IMG/VR virus record: IMGVR_UViG_3300023174_000040
Coordinates: 1-64,000 of that record
Reading direction: 5' to 3' (one strand)
DNA: 64,000 nt
Position 1 is the first letter of the stretch. Every line of letters starts with the position of its first letter. The translations under genes were made by a program, and so were the position numbers. Positions 11,054-21,297 of the stretch are shown here, piece after piece. The notes below the pieces were generated by a model, which saw only the letters and a list, made by a program, of their open reading frames with translations, did not search any database and was not told the origin of the DNA.

Positions 11054-12160
11054 ATGCCAAATATTATTGATCACATCATAGTTGAAATTGATTGGACCAC
11101 CAGCGGAATTAATGGTCTGGATACGACACTAACAGTTGCTGATATATCGGATAGCAGCCACACATTCTACCCGCCCGGTTGCCCTAGTAGCGATATAAAT
11201 TCAGTTTGCGCCAATTATATCGGCCCAGTCGGAGCCTGCACTGATAATTTAGCCAATTATGTTGAATACGCTGGAGACCACACAGGTGTTGGCAAAGAAT
11301 CTTTTGTTGTTCGTATAAGTGGCCCCAATAGTATAACAAGTGATTTCCCGACTGCCGACAATATTTTATTGCTTCCTAAAGCCCAATGGAGTCACAATTT
11401 AAAAAAAACCGAGAAAGATGCAATAAACATAGGCTTCATTAAAGTAAAATATGAATTATATTCTGGCGGGATTGCTTCTGTGGTAGATGGTCAATATGTT
11501 TCAAATGGAGCACTAGTAAAAACTCTCTACACCCTTGTAGATCCAGATATGATGTTAGGATCAGCGGGATCTAAATTAAGATGTTGTCTTCTAGGTGGAT
11601 CCAAGGGTCAATCTTGCGATAATTTTGTTTGTGTAGATGCTCTAAGAATAAACTGGGTTAGTGGTTTAAACGGCTACCAGAACCCCCCTGCGGAGAATAG
11701 AATATACACAGATCTTAATATTTTAGAGGGTTATTGTGATCGTAGTTGTTGTAATATTTTGATTACCGACATTGTAATATCAGAAACTTTTAGCAATGGC
11801 GACAAAACCTTTAAATTAACATTAGACCATCAGACTAACTGTTGTGAAGCCAAAGCCAGTATCGCTGGAGCGCCTTACATTTATGCAAAAGATGTTAGAT
11901 GTAAAAATAACTTGGTTTTTGCCACAGTTAATATACCAGGTCCTACTGAAAATACTAATGTTTGTTTTAAAATGGATTGTTGTAGTTCTTCTTCAGGTTG
12001 TACCACTGAAGATTGCGGAGGTTTTCCTTGTTCCAACCCCCTGACAGATAAATGCTGCTCAGATGGCGCTGGCAACTGTGGTTGCTGTCCGGAAATTACT
12101 TGGGTTTGTTGCCCAGGTCAAGTATATTGTGCGGCATCCTTGGGAGATTGTCCTCCTTAG
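11054..12160 (+). CDS. modular Cys-rich protein; N-terminus paralogous to ORF 6455, C-terminus to ORF 4670
   Basis: 51 of the first 60 aa are identical to ORF 6455; CGGFPC...YCAASLGDCP tail shared with ORF 4670. Confidence 0.85.
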   Translation: MPNIIDHIIVEIDWTTSGINGLDTTLTVADISDSSHTFYPPGCPSSDINSVCANYIGPVGACTDNLANYVEYAGDHTGVGKESFVVRISGPNSITSDFPTADNILLLPKAQWSHNLKKTEKDAINIGFIKVKYELYSGGIASVVDGQYVSNGALVKTLYTLVDPDMMLGSAGSKLRCCLLGGSKGQSCDNFVCVDALRINWVSGLNGYQNPPAENRIYTDLNILEGYCDRSCCNILITDIVISETFSNGDKTFKLTLDHQTNCCEAKASIAGAPYIYAKDVRCKNNLVFATVNIPGPTENTNVCFKMDCCSSSSGCTTEDCGGFPCSNPLTDKCCSDGAGNCGCCPEITWVCCPGQVYCAASLGDCPP

Positions 12161-12240
12161 CTTTAAACATACAATCTTGTGATTAGACATTAATTTCGAC
12201 TAGTTTAATTATATATAACTTTACCAAAAGTAATTAAATA

Positions 12241-15200
12241 ATGTCAAAAGAAATTGAAAAAAAACTAGAAAAGTTAGACGTAACAACCACAATATCTCCT
12301 TGTGCTTCCTTGCCTTTAGGTGACTCAGATGTTGATTGTGGAGCATGGTGCCCAGATCCATTGTTAAATTGTTGTGAATGGCTGGCTGGACCGGAAGCCT
12401 ACGCAAGAATTCAAGACCCCATCACTTCATGTTATTTTGGATATACATTAGGTAAAATGGATTGTTGTCATTACGGAGCGGGCAGCGTGCTCATCGCCTG
12501 TGATTGCCCTCCCATTGGAAGTTGTTCTAACGAGATTTGCATAGTAGTTCCTCCTCCTGGCACTACAACAACTCCTCCCCCGGTGTGCTTCGGCTTGCCC
12601 GATTTAAGCGGTTATTTAGTTGAAGCAATGTATAGCGATACTGATGGTCCTTGTCCTGGAGGTCATGCCTGTAGTAGAGCTCGTTTTAATTTATATGTTA
12701 ATAATAACTGGATCATGGAGGTAAATTTAAATAATGATTGCCCAGTAGGTAGATCCAACCAGGTCACTGGTGATAAGATCTCGTCGTCAGTACTGCCAGG
12801 GGGCACCGTCGCAGAAGATGGAGTTTTTAAATTTTTCTTACAATGTTGTTGTTGTACCGACGTTCAGGGAGTAGACATGTTGTCTTCTGGTCCACCTGCA
12901 ATTGCAGGGAATGTTGCGACGTGCACTATTTCTACCACAACTACAACCACAACAACAACCACTACAACAACAACTACTACAACTCAAGGTCCTTGTTATT
13001 TTGTAATAGATGATGATTTTTTTGGAACTGGTCACTGGGAAGGTGACTGTTGTTGGTGCCGAACGACTTGTATAGCCGGCCACCCAAGTAACCCGATTTG
13101 CTATAAGTGTCCTTGCTGCTCTCCAGCAGGAAGTAGTACTGCAGTTTTTTCAGAATATCAATCCTGTGATGACTCTAGGATAAATTGTGACCCAGGACCT
13201 GATAATGTCTGCACTACTACAATTGAACCCACAACCACAACTACGACTACAACTACAACTACAACCACAACCACTGGTCCTGGCAACTGTCGTCATACCG
13301 GCTGTCATGATGGAATAACTTGGTTCAGAATTACAAGTCCAGAAGGCGAGGTTGTATTAAGTCAGTGTTTTGTAAATGATATCATAACCGTATTAGATTC
13401 AGAGTGTACTACCACAACAAGTACCACCACAACAACTATTGAGCCTACTCCAACTTTAACAGAAACCCCAGGTTTAACTAGAACACTTACCCTAACGCCA
13501 ACTTTAACAAAAACTCCAACTCAAACCTTGGTTCCTTGTGAATTGTATGCTTGGGGAAATAATTCTAATGGTCAACTTGGAGATGGCACAACTATTAATA
13601 AGTACACCCCAACATTTATAGGAAATTTTTCCAAACTATCCGTTGGTGAAAATCATACTCATTTTTTAGCAATTAAGTCAAATGGAGATTTATATGCTTG
13701 GGGAAATAATTCTAATGGTCAACTTGGAGATGGCACAACCACTGACAGATCAATACCAACAAAAATAGGCACAGATTTTATTGAAGTTTCTGGTGGCACT
13801 GCTGAATCGTTTGCAATAAAATCTAATGGAGATTTGTATGCTTGGGGCAATGGAGGTTACGCAGGCTCACAACTCCCAATTGTTCCTACAAAAATAGGAA
13901 GTGAATTTTCGGCTGTTAGTTGTGGTGAAATCGGAGCGGTGGCACTAAAGACTAATGGGGATATATATAAGATCTCTATTGACCAAATAATCACCGGACC
14001 GATTGATAGCGGATTTATAAAAATTTGTGCTGGCGAGATTGATTATGTGGCACTAAAAAATGATGGAAATGCCTATATTGGCAATCTTTCTAATTCACAA
14101 TTTTATAAAGCAGGTTCGGGTGGTTACATCGATATTAGCATTCACCAGTTGCCATTTGGAATCAAGTCTAACGGTTTTATATACTTGTTGCAAGGTCCAG
14201 ATACTGAAGCTCTTGTTTTTAGCGATCATAATTATAAAATGATAAGAGGGTTGGAGAATAGCAGCGACGGCTTTTTATTGTTAACAAATGACGGTGATAT
14301 ATATTCCTTGAGTTTAGGCGGAGTTGGGAGAAAAATAGGAAGTGGTTTTGACTATATTAGTGCCGGAGACGTCTCTTTTTATGGTTTAAAATGTGCATTA
14401 AGCCCTCCAACCTTAACTAGAACCCTCACCCCAACTCCAACTTTAACCTTAACTTTTACTTCTACCCCTGGTTTAACAAATACACTTACTTCCACACCCG
14501 ATTTAACAAAAACACTTACTTCTACTCCAACACTTACTTTTACCCCAACATTAACAAAAACTCCAACTCTAACAAAAACGCTTACTTCAACTCCAACTCT
14601 AACAAAAACGCTTACTTCAACTCTAACTTTAACACCAACTTTAACTCCCACCCCATCCGCAACAAGATGGTTGACAAAAACTCCAACTTCGACTCCGACA
14701 CTTACTTCGACTCCAACTTTAACAAAAACTCAAACCCATACCCCAACCCTAACTAGGTCATCAGGACCAAATCCAACTCCAACTCTCACAAGAACGTTTG
14801 GCTTAACTCCAACGCCAACTATAATGCCATGTTCTTGCAACATGGAAGAATACACACTTGAGTTGGTGTTCAAGCCAGAGCCAGACAACACAACATTTGG
14901 TAAATTAATAGATTTTAAAGGCAAATCTTCAGATAATGGAATTTATATATATGATAATGGAGCAAATCTTTATATATCATATATACCAGGAGGTTACGTA
15001 GGTCAAACTGAACTCGAAGTCAATGATTATAACCAACTGGTCATCACAAGAAATAAAAATACTAAAAATGTTTGTGTATTTTTAAATAAAATTAAACAAT
15101 TTGAATTTACAGACACGGCAGGCAATGTAGTGTTAAATGATAATATATGGTTGTTTGTAGATGATGATATTACTGCTGTTGAAAATATCGGCAATAGAGT

Positions 15201-16428
15201 TTCTAAAATTAAGTTATTTGCTGAATATTACACGCAACAAGAAATAATTAATCTTCCAATATTTCATGGAAAAATATCAGGCTGTTCACCAGAGGATCCT
15301 TGGACTAGACCAACAACCACAACTCCTGCTCCGCAATCTTATTGTTCTATAAATAGTATAGAAGATATACCTAGTAGTTTATTTTTAAGTATAGATTGTG
15401 AATATGATGAAATAACCACCTCTATTCCAACCACAACAGTCTCTCCTTCTACTACGACAACTACTACTATTTCCCCAACAACAACAACGACAACAACAAT
15501 CTCTCCGTTATGTCTGCCGGAAATCCCACAGAACATAGCCATAGAATGTGTAAACCCGGGAGACACTTCCTCATCAGTATTGGCTTCAATTTCTTGGGAA
15601 TATCCAACTTATTTGTGTAATATACCTAACTGGATGACTGTTTATGTCATAGAGGCAATGTACAATGCCGAAGACCCAGGCTCTAATTGGGTTGAGAAAG
15701 ATTCATTTTTTGCAAGTCTTTATAGTGGCCCCAATCTGGGCACCATACCCAGGGTATCCCGCACTTTTCAAATAAGTAGAGCTCTAGGAGATCACCGATT
15801 TAGAGTTACTGCTGCCCTTATTCAGGTAGGCACTCTATGGGATCATAACACCTCTCGCTCTGTTATTACATCTACAATTAATTGGAATAATTGCGCTTTA
15901 TTAGCAACAAACACTCCTACTCCAACCCCGACTATTACCCCAACTAGGACTTTAACTCCCACCCCCACACAGGCACCAGCCCCAACCAATACTTCTACAT
16001 TAACTTCAACTCCAACAATCACAAAGACATCTACATCTACTTTAATAAATCCCGATTTAACACAAACGCCAACTTCAACTTTCACAAATACTCCAACCTT
16101 GACTCCAACTGGGACATCAACCCCAACCTTAACACCAACCTTAACACCAACCTTAACAAATACCACGACATCAAATAACCCGACTAACACACCAACTTTA
16201 ACAAGAACATCTACTAACACACCAACTTTAACAAGAACATCTACTAACACACCAACTTTAACAAGAACATCTACTAACACACCAACTTTAACAAGAACAT
16301 CTACTAACACACCAACTTTAACAAGAACATCTACTAACACACCAACTTTGACACCAACATTAACAAGAACTCAAACTCCATCTGCAGCAAATCCAAGTTT
16401 GAAAGTTCTCTGGGTTTCTTTCGTATAA
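12241..16428 (+). CDS. large mucin-like modular protein (Cys-rich, RCC1 repeats, LamG/ConA-like, beta-sandwich, Thr/Pro tails)
   Basis: LYAWGNNSNGQLGDGTT repeats; ELVFKP...IDFK...LVITRN LamG-like segment; long TLTPT stretches. Confidence 0.85.
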   Translation: MSKEIEKKLEKLDVTTTISPCASLPLGDSDVDCGAWCPDPLLNCCEWLAGPEAYARIQDPITSCYFGYTLGKMDCCHYGAGSVLIACDCPPIGSCSNEICIVVPPPGTTTTPPPVCFGLPDLSGYLVEAMYSDTDGPCPGGHACSRARFNLYVNNNWIMEVNLNNDCPVGRSNQVTGDKISSSVLPGGTVAEDGVFKFFLQCCCCTDVQGVDMLSSGPPAIAGNVATCTISTTTTTTTTTTTTTTTTTQGPCYFVIDDDFFGTGHWEGDCCWCRTTCIAGHPSNPICYKCPCCSPAGSSTAVFSEYQSCDDSRINCDPGPDNVCTTTIEPTTTTTTTTTTTTTTTGPGNCRHTGCHDGITWFRITSPEGEVVLSQCFVNDIITVLDSECTTTTSTTTTTIEPTPTLTETPGLTRTLTLTPTLTKTPTQTLVPCELYAWGNNSNGQLGDGTTINKYTPTFIGNFSKLSVGENHTHFLAIKSNGDLYAWGNNSNGQLGDGTTTDRSIPTKIGTDFIEVSGGTAESFAIKSNGDLYAWGNGGYAGSQLPIVPTKIGSEFSAVSCGEIGAVALKTNGDIYKISIDQIITGPIDSGFIKICAGEIDYVALKNDGNAYIGNLSNSQFYKAGSGGYIDISIHQLPFGIKSNGFIYLLQGPDTEALVFSDHNYKMIRGLENSSDGFLLLTNDGDIYSLSLGGVGRKIGSGFDYISAGDVSFYGLKCALSPPTLTRTLTPTPTLTLTFTSTPGLTNTLTSTPDLTKTLTSTPTLTFTPTLTKTPTLTKTLTSTPTLTKTLTSTLTLTPTLTPTPSATRWLTKTPTSTPTLTSTPTLTKTQTHTPTLTRSSGPNPTPTLTRTFGLTPTPTIMPCSCNMEEYTLELVFKPEPDNTTFGKLIDFKGKSSDNGIYIYDNGANLYISYIPGGYVGQTELEVNDYNQLVITRNKNTKNVCVFLNKIKQFEFTDTAGNVVLNDNIWLFVDDDITAVENIGNRVSKIKLFAEYYTQQEIINLPIFHGKISGCSPEDPWTRPTTTTPAPQSYCSINSIEDIPSSLFLSIDCEYDEITTSIPTTTVSPSTTTTTTISPTTTTTTTISPLCLPEIPQNIAIECVNPGDTSSSVLASISWEYPTYLCNIPNWMTVYVIEAMYNAEDPGSNWVEKDSFFASLYSGPNLGTIPRVSRTFQISRALGDHRFRVTAALIQVGTLWDHNTSRSVITSTINWNNCALLATNTPTPTPTITPTRTLTPTPTQAPAPTNTSTLTSTPTITKTSTSTLINPDLTQTPTSTFTNTPTLTPTGTSTPTLTPTLTPTLTNTTTSNNPTNTPTLTRTSTNTPTLTRTSTNTPTLTRTSTNTPTLTRTSTNTPTLTRTSTNTPTLTPTLTRTQTPSAANPSLKVLWVSFV
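16183..16349. repeat. 30-bp tandem repeat x5 plus a partial copy, encoding TNTPTLTRTS
   Basis: Perfect ACTAACACACCAACTTTAACAAGAACATCT units. Confidence 0.97.
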
Positions 16429-16441
16429 TCGAGGTAAAACT

Positions 16442-17809
16442 ATGCAACTAACAGAAGAATTAAAAAAAGAAATAGAAAGATTACATCGTGAAACACCTGA
16501 TAATATTCACGGAGTATCTTTGGGATATAAATATAAAAATGGCCTAAAAACAAATGTGATAGGTATTGTTTTTAATGTTGATGCTAAGATACCAGAAACC
16601 GACCTGCCTAGTGATCAGATACTGCCAAAGACAATAAAAGCCGGAGATCAATATTATCTCACTGATGTGATGGAGGCCAAAAGAGCAGAATTTGTTTCTT
16701 GTTATTGTAATTCCGCTAATGCAAATACAAATCCTTGTCCAACTGTTCAAGATATAACAAGGCTGGCTCCTTGGCCAAACGGTGGGTCTGCATTATTGCC
16801 TATGAGGGGTGGGCAAGAAATAGTTCAATACCCAACATCGTGGTCTAATGTGGGCAACTCATATTATGCTAGTTTGGGAACGCTTGGTTTTTTTTGTGTA
16901 GATAACATTGACAACAAGATAGTTGGTGTCACAAATAGTCACGTTGTTTGTCATAGAAGATATTTTGCCACAAACAGAAATTGGGCTACTGAGAACTCAG
17001 ATGCGTATAATACATTCGAACCAAGAAACTGGATTTTGGACAATAAGAACCATAACCCGGGCGCTATAACCTTAATTAACTCTGGTTCATCTGTGAGAAT
17101 TGTTTGTCCTTTTATTAAGAGATATCAACCTGTGGCACCATCGCCCACATACAATTATTCAGATGTTGCTTTAATGGTTATGGATCCTGGTGCGATATCT
17201 TCTTCTGCTTCTTATAAAGTATGGCAGCCGATAGGAACAACAGACTACGCAGGATTTCTAGATTTTGCTACAACTTTAGAAATAGATAACTTATTGAACA
17301 CTAATCCAAGATTATACAGCACTGGAAGAACCACTGGTCCGAAGGGATACGCTGACACAGCAACATGTAGACTTCGTGTAAGATCAGTTGGTGGTTGGTC
17401 TAATGTCTCGAACGTAGGAGAAGAGGCCGATATTACTGTGTGGGGAGACTTGATAGAATATGGCTATGAAGATGGTAGCAATGGAACGTCCTTAGGGGGA
17501 GATTCTGGTTCGGCATTACTCGCAGATATATCCGGGGTCAGGAAAATAATAGGTTTAGTTTTTGCTGGAAATGGTACCATAGGACTGGCCTCTAGGATAG
17601 ATAGAGTTGCCTCTGAGATGAATATACGTGCATGGGATGGAACCTATAATACAGCACTACCTACATCAACAACCGGAGCCTTCACTGGCAGTGCAGTCAC
17701 AACAGATCCGGGTAATATTAAATCTAGCCAGACAATCTTAGTGTATGGCGGAAAAACTTACTACCAAGTTGGATTCACGAAAACTACTGGTTTAACTAAT
17801 ATAAATTAA
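16442..17809 (+). CDS. trypsin-like (S1/Nal1-like) serine protease with N-terminal pro-region
   Basis: Triad motifs TNSHVV, SDVAL, GDSGS; GTLG and TGRTTG motifs. Confidence 0.85.
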   Translation: MQLTEELKKEIERLHRETPDNIHGVSLGYKYKNGLKTNVIGIVFNVDAKIPETDLPSDQILPKTIKAGDQYYLTDVMEAKRAEFVSCYCNSANANTNPCPTVQDITRLAPWPNGGSALLPMRGGQEIVQYPTSWSNVGNSYYASLGTLGFFCVDNIDNKIVGVTNSHVVCHRRYFATNRNWATENSDAYNTFEPRNWILDNKNHNPGAITLINSGSSVRIVCPFIKRYQPVAPSPTYNYSDVALMVMDPGAISSSASYKVWQPIGTTDYAGFLDFATTLEIDNLLNTNPRLYSTGRTTGPKGYADTATCRLRVRSVGGWSNVSNVGEEADITVWGDLIEYGYEDGSNGTSLGGDSGSALLADISGVRKIIGLVFAGNGTIGLASRIDRVASEMNIRAWDGTYNTALPTSTTGAFTGSAVTTDPGNIKSSQTILVYGGKTYYQVGFTKTTGLTNIN

Positions 17810-17810
17810 T

Positions 17811-17975
17811 ATGCAAAAAACAATTCAAGACATCAAAAACTTAATTGCCGACCATAGAAGTTATATTTGTTCTGAATTTTGCGATAATCCAAGTTTTGTG
17901 TATGAAGAGATTTCGAAACTCAATAAATTATTGGAAGAAAAAATTAAACTTGAAGAAAAGAATAACCAAGAATAA
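17811..17975 (+). CDS. small hypothetical protein (54 aa, below the ORF-track cutoff)
   Basis: MQKTIQDIKNLIADHRSYICSEFCD...; starts 1 nt after the protease stop and precedes a terminator. Confidence 0.6.
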   Translation: MQKTIQDIKNLIADHRSYICSEFCDNPSFVYEEISKLNKLLEEKIKLEEKNNQE

Positions 17976-18016
17976 TTTATTGGATGACATATCCTTTTAA
18001 TTTTATTTTTATTTAA

Positions 18017-18046
18017 CTCTCTCGTCTAAAAAATGAGAGGGTTTTT
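18017..18046 (+). terminator. intrinsic terminator
   Basis: CTCTCTC...GAGAGGG stem followed by T5. Confidence 0.6.
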
Positions 18047-18047
18047 A

Positions 18048-18076
18048 TTGATTTTTTTGCCTATATCATCTATAAT
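18048..18076 (+). promoter_or_regulatory. sigma70-type promoter
   Basis: TTGATT-17-TATAAT. Confidence 0.6.
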
Positions 18077-18085
18077 TACTGATAG

Positions 18086-18418
18086 ATGATAGCCTATTTG
18101 ATCAGTAGCAGAGAAGAAAAATTATCTGAAATATATTTGTCAGGTGATATTAGACAAATTTTAAATCTTCTTAATTGTGAAATTCATACTGAGATAGATT
18201 TGAAGAATGGAGATTGCCTACTTATTGACAAGCATTGTTTGTTACTTGTCAATAACTATTCTAAATTTTTTGAAATCGATGGGTTTCTCCCCAACCCAGA
18301 AAATGGTTTGATTATAGGTAAGGGTTTTACTGATCCTAAAAATAGCTTAGAATATTACAAGAATACAATAAAATATCACAATATGTTTTATCTTAAAGAA
18401 GTCTTCAATCACCAGTAA
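18086..18418 (+). CDS. DUF3846-like phage protein
   Basis: A(Y)LI...EI...GD...I..L..C......L.NGD.L.ID...LL pattern. Confidence 0.5.
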   Translation: MIAYLISSREEKLSEIYLSGDIRQILNLLNCEIHTEIDLKNGDCLLIDKHCLLLVNNYSKFFEIDGFLPNPENGLIIGKGFTDPKNSLEYYKNTIKYHNMFYLKEVFNHQ

Positions 18419-19269
18419 GCACCGTTCTCAACCATTTTATATTTTTTTGGGGTTTCGTTTTCTAATACACGAACCCAATGTTTATTGTAAAATACTTGTC
18501 CAATAATTTTACTATCCCATCTAGATCCCGCTATTCCGAAAAGTATCTGCAATGCTCCGCCAAGATGAATTGCCTTTTTTCCGCTAGTTTTGGCGAAAGA
18601 CACAAGGGGTAGTGAGCTGGCACCGGTACCGATTAATGCCACATCATAGTTTATGGCGTTCATTTGCTCTTTCATGTCTGCTATCATCTCGGACCAATCT
18701 TTATATTTGCTTGGTTCTCCGACACCTGGAGAGTGCTGATGACCCAATGTGATTAAATCAAATTTAGGCAAAATTCTTTTATCTTCCCATAGAACTTCTC
18801 TTTTATTATATTGGTTTCTGATTGTTTCCGGAAAACTAGTTACGACCAAAACTTTTTTATCTTTTAGATTTTGGGTCCAAGGAATTCCTGAATAATATGG
18901 TTCCAAGCTTCTTAATGGCACTAATGTAGAATTTGGTGAATATTTTTCTATAAATCTTTTTTCATATTCGATGTCATATGGGGACCAAAGCGAAAGACAA
19001 TCCATATCTTTAATGCAATAAATTAATTCATTTATAAAACTGATTTTTGCTTCTGTTGTTTGTGGAAAAATACCATTTTGATAATATGTCTTATATTCAA
19101 CTTCTTCTGTCCAGACCGGCTCCTGCCCCTTTTCATGATATTCAAAATAGTTTTTTACACATCTTAACTCATTGCATCCTATTTTGCCAGCAGCAAATGG
19201 TTCTTCATTATTGAATTTTGAAGAAAGGTGTGTGCTTGCATCTACGAAATCGTTTATATATTTTTGCAT
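18409..19269 (-). CDS. glycan-locus-associated protein (putative glycosyltransferase)
   Basis: DVALIGTGASSLPL..FAK..GKKAIHLGGALQILFGI.G.RW, a pattern recalled from polysaccharide loci. Confidence 0.55.
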   Translation of the reverse strand: MQKYINDFVDASTHLSSKFNNEEPFAAGKIGCNELRCVKNYFEYHEKGQEPVWTEEVEYKTYYQNGIFPQTTEAKISFINELIYCIKDMDCLSLWSPYDIEYEKRFIEKYSPNSTLVPLRSLEPYYSGIPWTQNLKDKKVLVVTSFPETIRNQYNKREVLWEDKRILPKFDLITLGHQHSPGVGEPSKYKDWSEMIADMKEQMNAINYDVALIGTGASSLPLVSFAKTSGKKAIHLGGALQILFGIAGSRWDSKIIGQVFYNKHWVRVLENETPKKYKMVENGAYW

Positions 19270-19925
19270 TTGTTTATTAAATACCTATTTAAATTGAATT
19301 TTATGAATTTTTCTTTTCTGTCAATGCCTGTTGCTTCTTGAAACCAATCTTGCGCTGTTAAATAATTGTTCTTATTAATATTCCAGTAAGGACTATGCAT
19401 TTTATGAAATAAAAATGGAAAATCTATTAAGTACACATCTAGATTTTGTTTGGTGGATATGTATAAAAGATACCAATCCCATGCACATTGGCCCATTAAG
19501 AACTTATCATTATCAAAAACAATCTTTTTATTTAAGATAAAGAAATCTAAACCATGCCAGTTTAGAACTGGGTTTTTTCCTTCGTCGTAATCATATTTGT
19601 GTCCGACAACTATAGAGTTTTCATCCAACTTGCTTGTTATCTTATTCCAATTTTCTTGATTTTGCTGAATCTTTATATCGCTATTTATTATGCAAAAATA
19701 TTCTGACTGGCTTTGTCCTATTCTTATTATATCTCTAATTCTTTGGAATTTTTTGCCATCAAAATTAGCGGCCTTATTATATATCTTTTCACAGTTAACC
19801 TCTATGTTTTCTGATGGGTCCTGTACCGCATATATTTTATTTGCAAAAAGTAGCCAGCTCTTATATTGTTGCCCAACATCTCTTGGGTTAAACGAGGTGT
19901 AAAAATCTAATTTCATCAAAAACAC
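19254..19925 (-). CDS. putative glycosyltransferase (GT-A-like)
   Basis: CIINSDI DxD-like motif, LDFFI, WDWYL; sits within the glycan operon. Confidence 0.5.
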   Translation of the reverse strand: MFLMKLDFYTSFNPRDVGQQYKSWLLFANKIYAVQDPSENIEVNCEKIYNKAANFDGKKFQRIRDIIRIGQSQSEYFCIINSDIKIQQNQENWNKITSKLDENSIVVGHKYDYDEGKNPVLNWHGLDFFILNKKIVFDNDKFLMGQCAWDWYLLYISTKQNLDVYLIDFPFLFHKMHSPYWNINKNNYLTAQDWFQEATGIDRKEKFIKFNLNRYLINKCKNI

Positions 19926-20848
19926 CTCATTTTTGAAAATTTATAATAAGCTGATAAACAATTATTTTTCATGAATTCTATTTTTTCATTATTATAAGAT
20001 TTTAGTATTTCCAATGTATTGATAGCCTCTTCTCTCTTTATGAATATTGCAATATCTTCCCAATTAAATTCTTTTATAATCGGAGGCTGCCACTCATCTG
20101 AAAAAATAACTGGTATAGAACCTATAGACATACTCTCCCATAATCTTAGAGTATTTGGCCCAGTACCCTCTGGACACAAAGAGAATATTGTATCCGATAA
20201 TATCTCATTGTATTTTTTTGTGTTTTTTTTATATTCCTCTAAATAAGATTCTTCTAGCTCTTCTTTTTTGATTTGTTTTCCATATACTATTTTGTGATAA
20301 AACCATCTTTCTTTTAATTCGTAAAGAGTTCCATCGACTCCTTCTAAATATTCTTTTAATTTCAATCTAATATCTGACCTGTATTGTTTTGAATTTGATC
20401 CTATAAAAGATGTTATATATTTTTTATCTTTATTATTTTTTATTATTAATCCTTCCCGCCGGTCTAGGTTCTCATAATTAACTGCTATCAATGGCCAGGA
20501 ATGAAAATTAAATTTGTCTGATCGATTGTTCTTTTCGCAGTGTGATAGATGAACATCTGACACCCCTATTTCTTTCCAAAGATTCTCAATATATCTCCAG
20601 CTAATATGCTGACAAACCGTATGAATTTTTTTACCTTTGAATTTTTCTATTTTTTCAAATATGAGTTCTCTATATTTTTTTAAGTTTATTCCTTCTTTTG
20701 AATGAGTTAAATTATCGATAAGAGTTGCCCATGGAAAAGCTAGGTATATATTTTCTTCATCTTTGATATAGATGTGATTGTTAAATGCTTGTTTTTCCGT
20801 TAATGCTGGATATTGCCAATCTAAATTTGTTTCTATAAAAATATGCAT
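19916..20848 (-). CDS. exostosin-family (GT47) glycosyltransferase
   Basis: FSLCPEGTGPNTLRLWESMSIGSIPVIFSD. Confidence 0.85.
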   Translation of the reverse strand: MHIFIETNLDWQYPALTEKQAFNNHIYIKDEENIYLAFPWATLIDNLTHSKEGINLKKYRELIFEKIEKFKGKKIHTVCQHISWRYIENLWKEIGVSDVHLSHCEKNNRSDKFNFHSWPLIAVNYENLDRREGLIIKNNKDKKYITSFIGSNSKQYRSDIRLKLKEYLEGVDGTLYELKERWFYHKIVYGKQIKKEELEESYLEEYKKNTKKYNEILSDTIFSLCPEGTGPNTLRLWESMSIGSIPVIFSDEWQPPIIKEFNWEDIAIFIKREEAINTLEILKSYNNEKIEFMKNNCLSAYYKFSKMRCF

Positions 20849-21135
20849 TAATTATTTTTTTTATTAAAATATGTTTCGCCTTCTTTGTCGACACTTATTT
20901 TTACTTTATTTTCTAAAAAGTTTTTTAATAATAAGGCCCCCACTCTGGCGTTTGTTGCCCATGCAACAATTTTTATCATGCTGTCTTCATCGGTTATTCC
21001 TTGATCAATACAATTTGAGAGTATCGAATCGAGCTCATCCATAGATAAAGCAGTATATTTTTTTTCAATTTCATTCCAATGCAGATCATCAGCCGCAATT
21101 ATATTGTTTAATGTTTCCCTGTATAAATTGCTCAT
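20848..21135 (-). CDS. hypothetical protein, first gene of the glycan operon
   Basis: SD AGGAGA; stop overlaps the GT47 start. Confidence 0.7.
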   Translation of the reverse strand: MSNLYRETLNNIIAADDLHWNEIEKKYTALSMDELDSILSNCIDQGITDEDSMIKIVAWATNARVGALLLKNFLENKVKISVDKEGETYFNKKNN

Positions 21136-21152
21136 AATATCTCCTTTTTCGT

Positions 21153-21180
21153 ATTATACATAGGTTAATTTAAAAATCAA
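21153..21180 (-). promoter_or_regulatory. sigma70-type promoter of the glycosyltransferase operon
   Basis: TTGATT-16-TATAAT on the - strand. Confidence 0.6.
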
Positions 21181-21297
21181 TAAATTCTGCATTATACTTA
21201 TCCGCTCCCAGATAAGGAGGGGTCATATTTAGCTGACCACCCGGTCATAGGTATGGTCTACTTGATCAAAAATTAATAAACTAGAATATATACTTTT

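Noticed and set aside
14400-16380. T-x-T repeats as an ice-binding beta-solenoid
   Set aside because: Frequent Pro and irregular period favour an extended linker.
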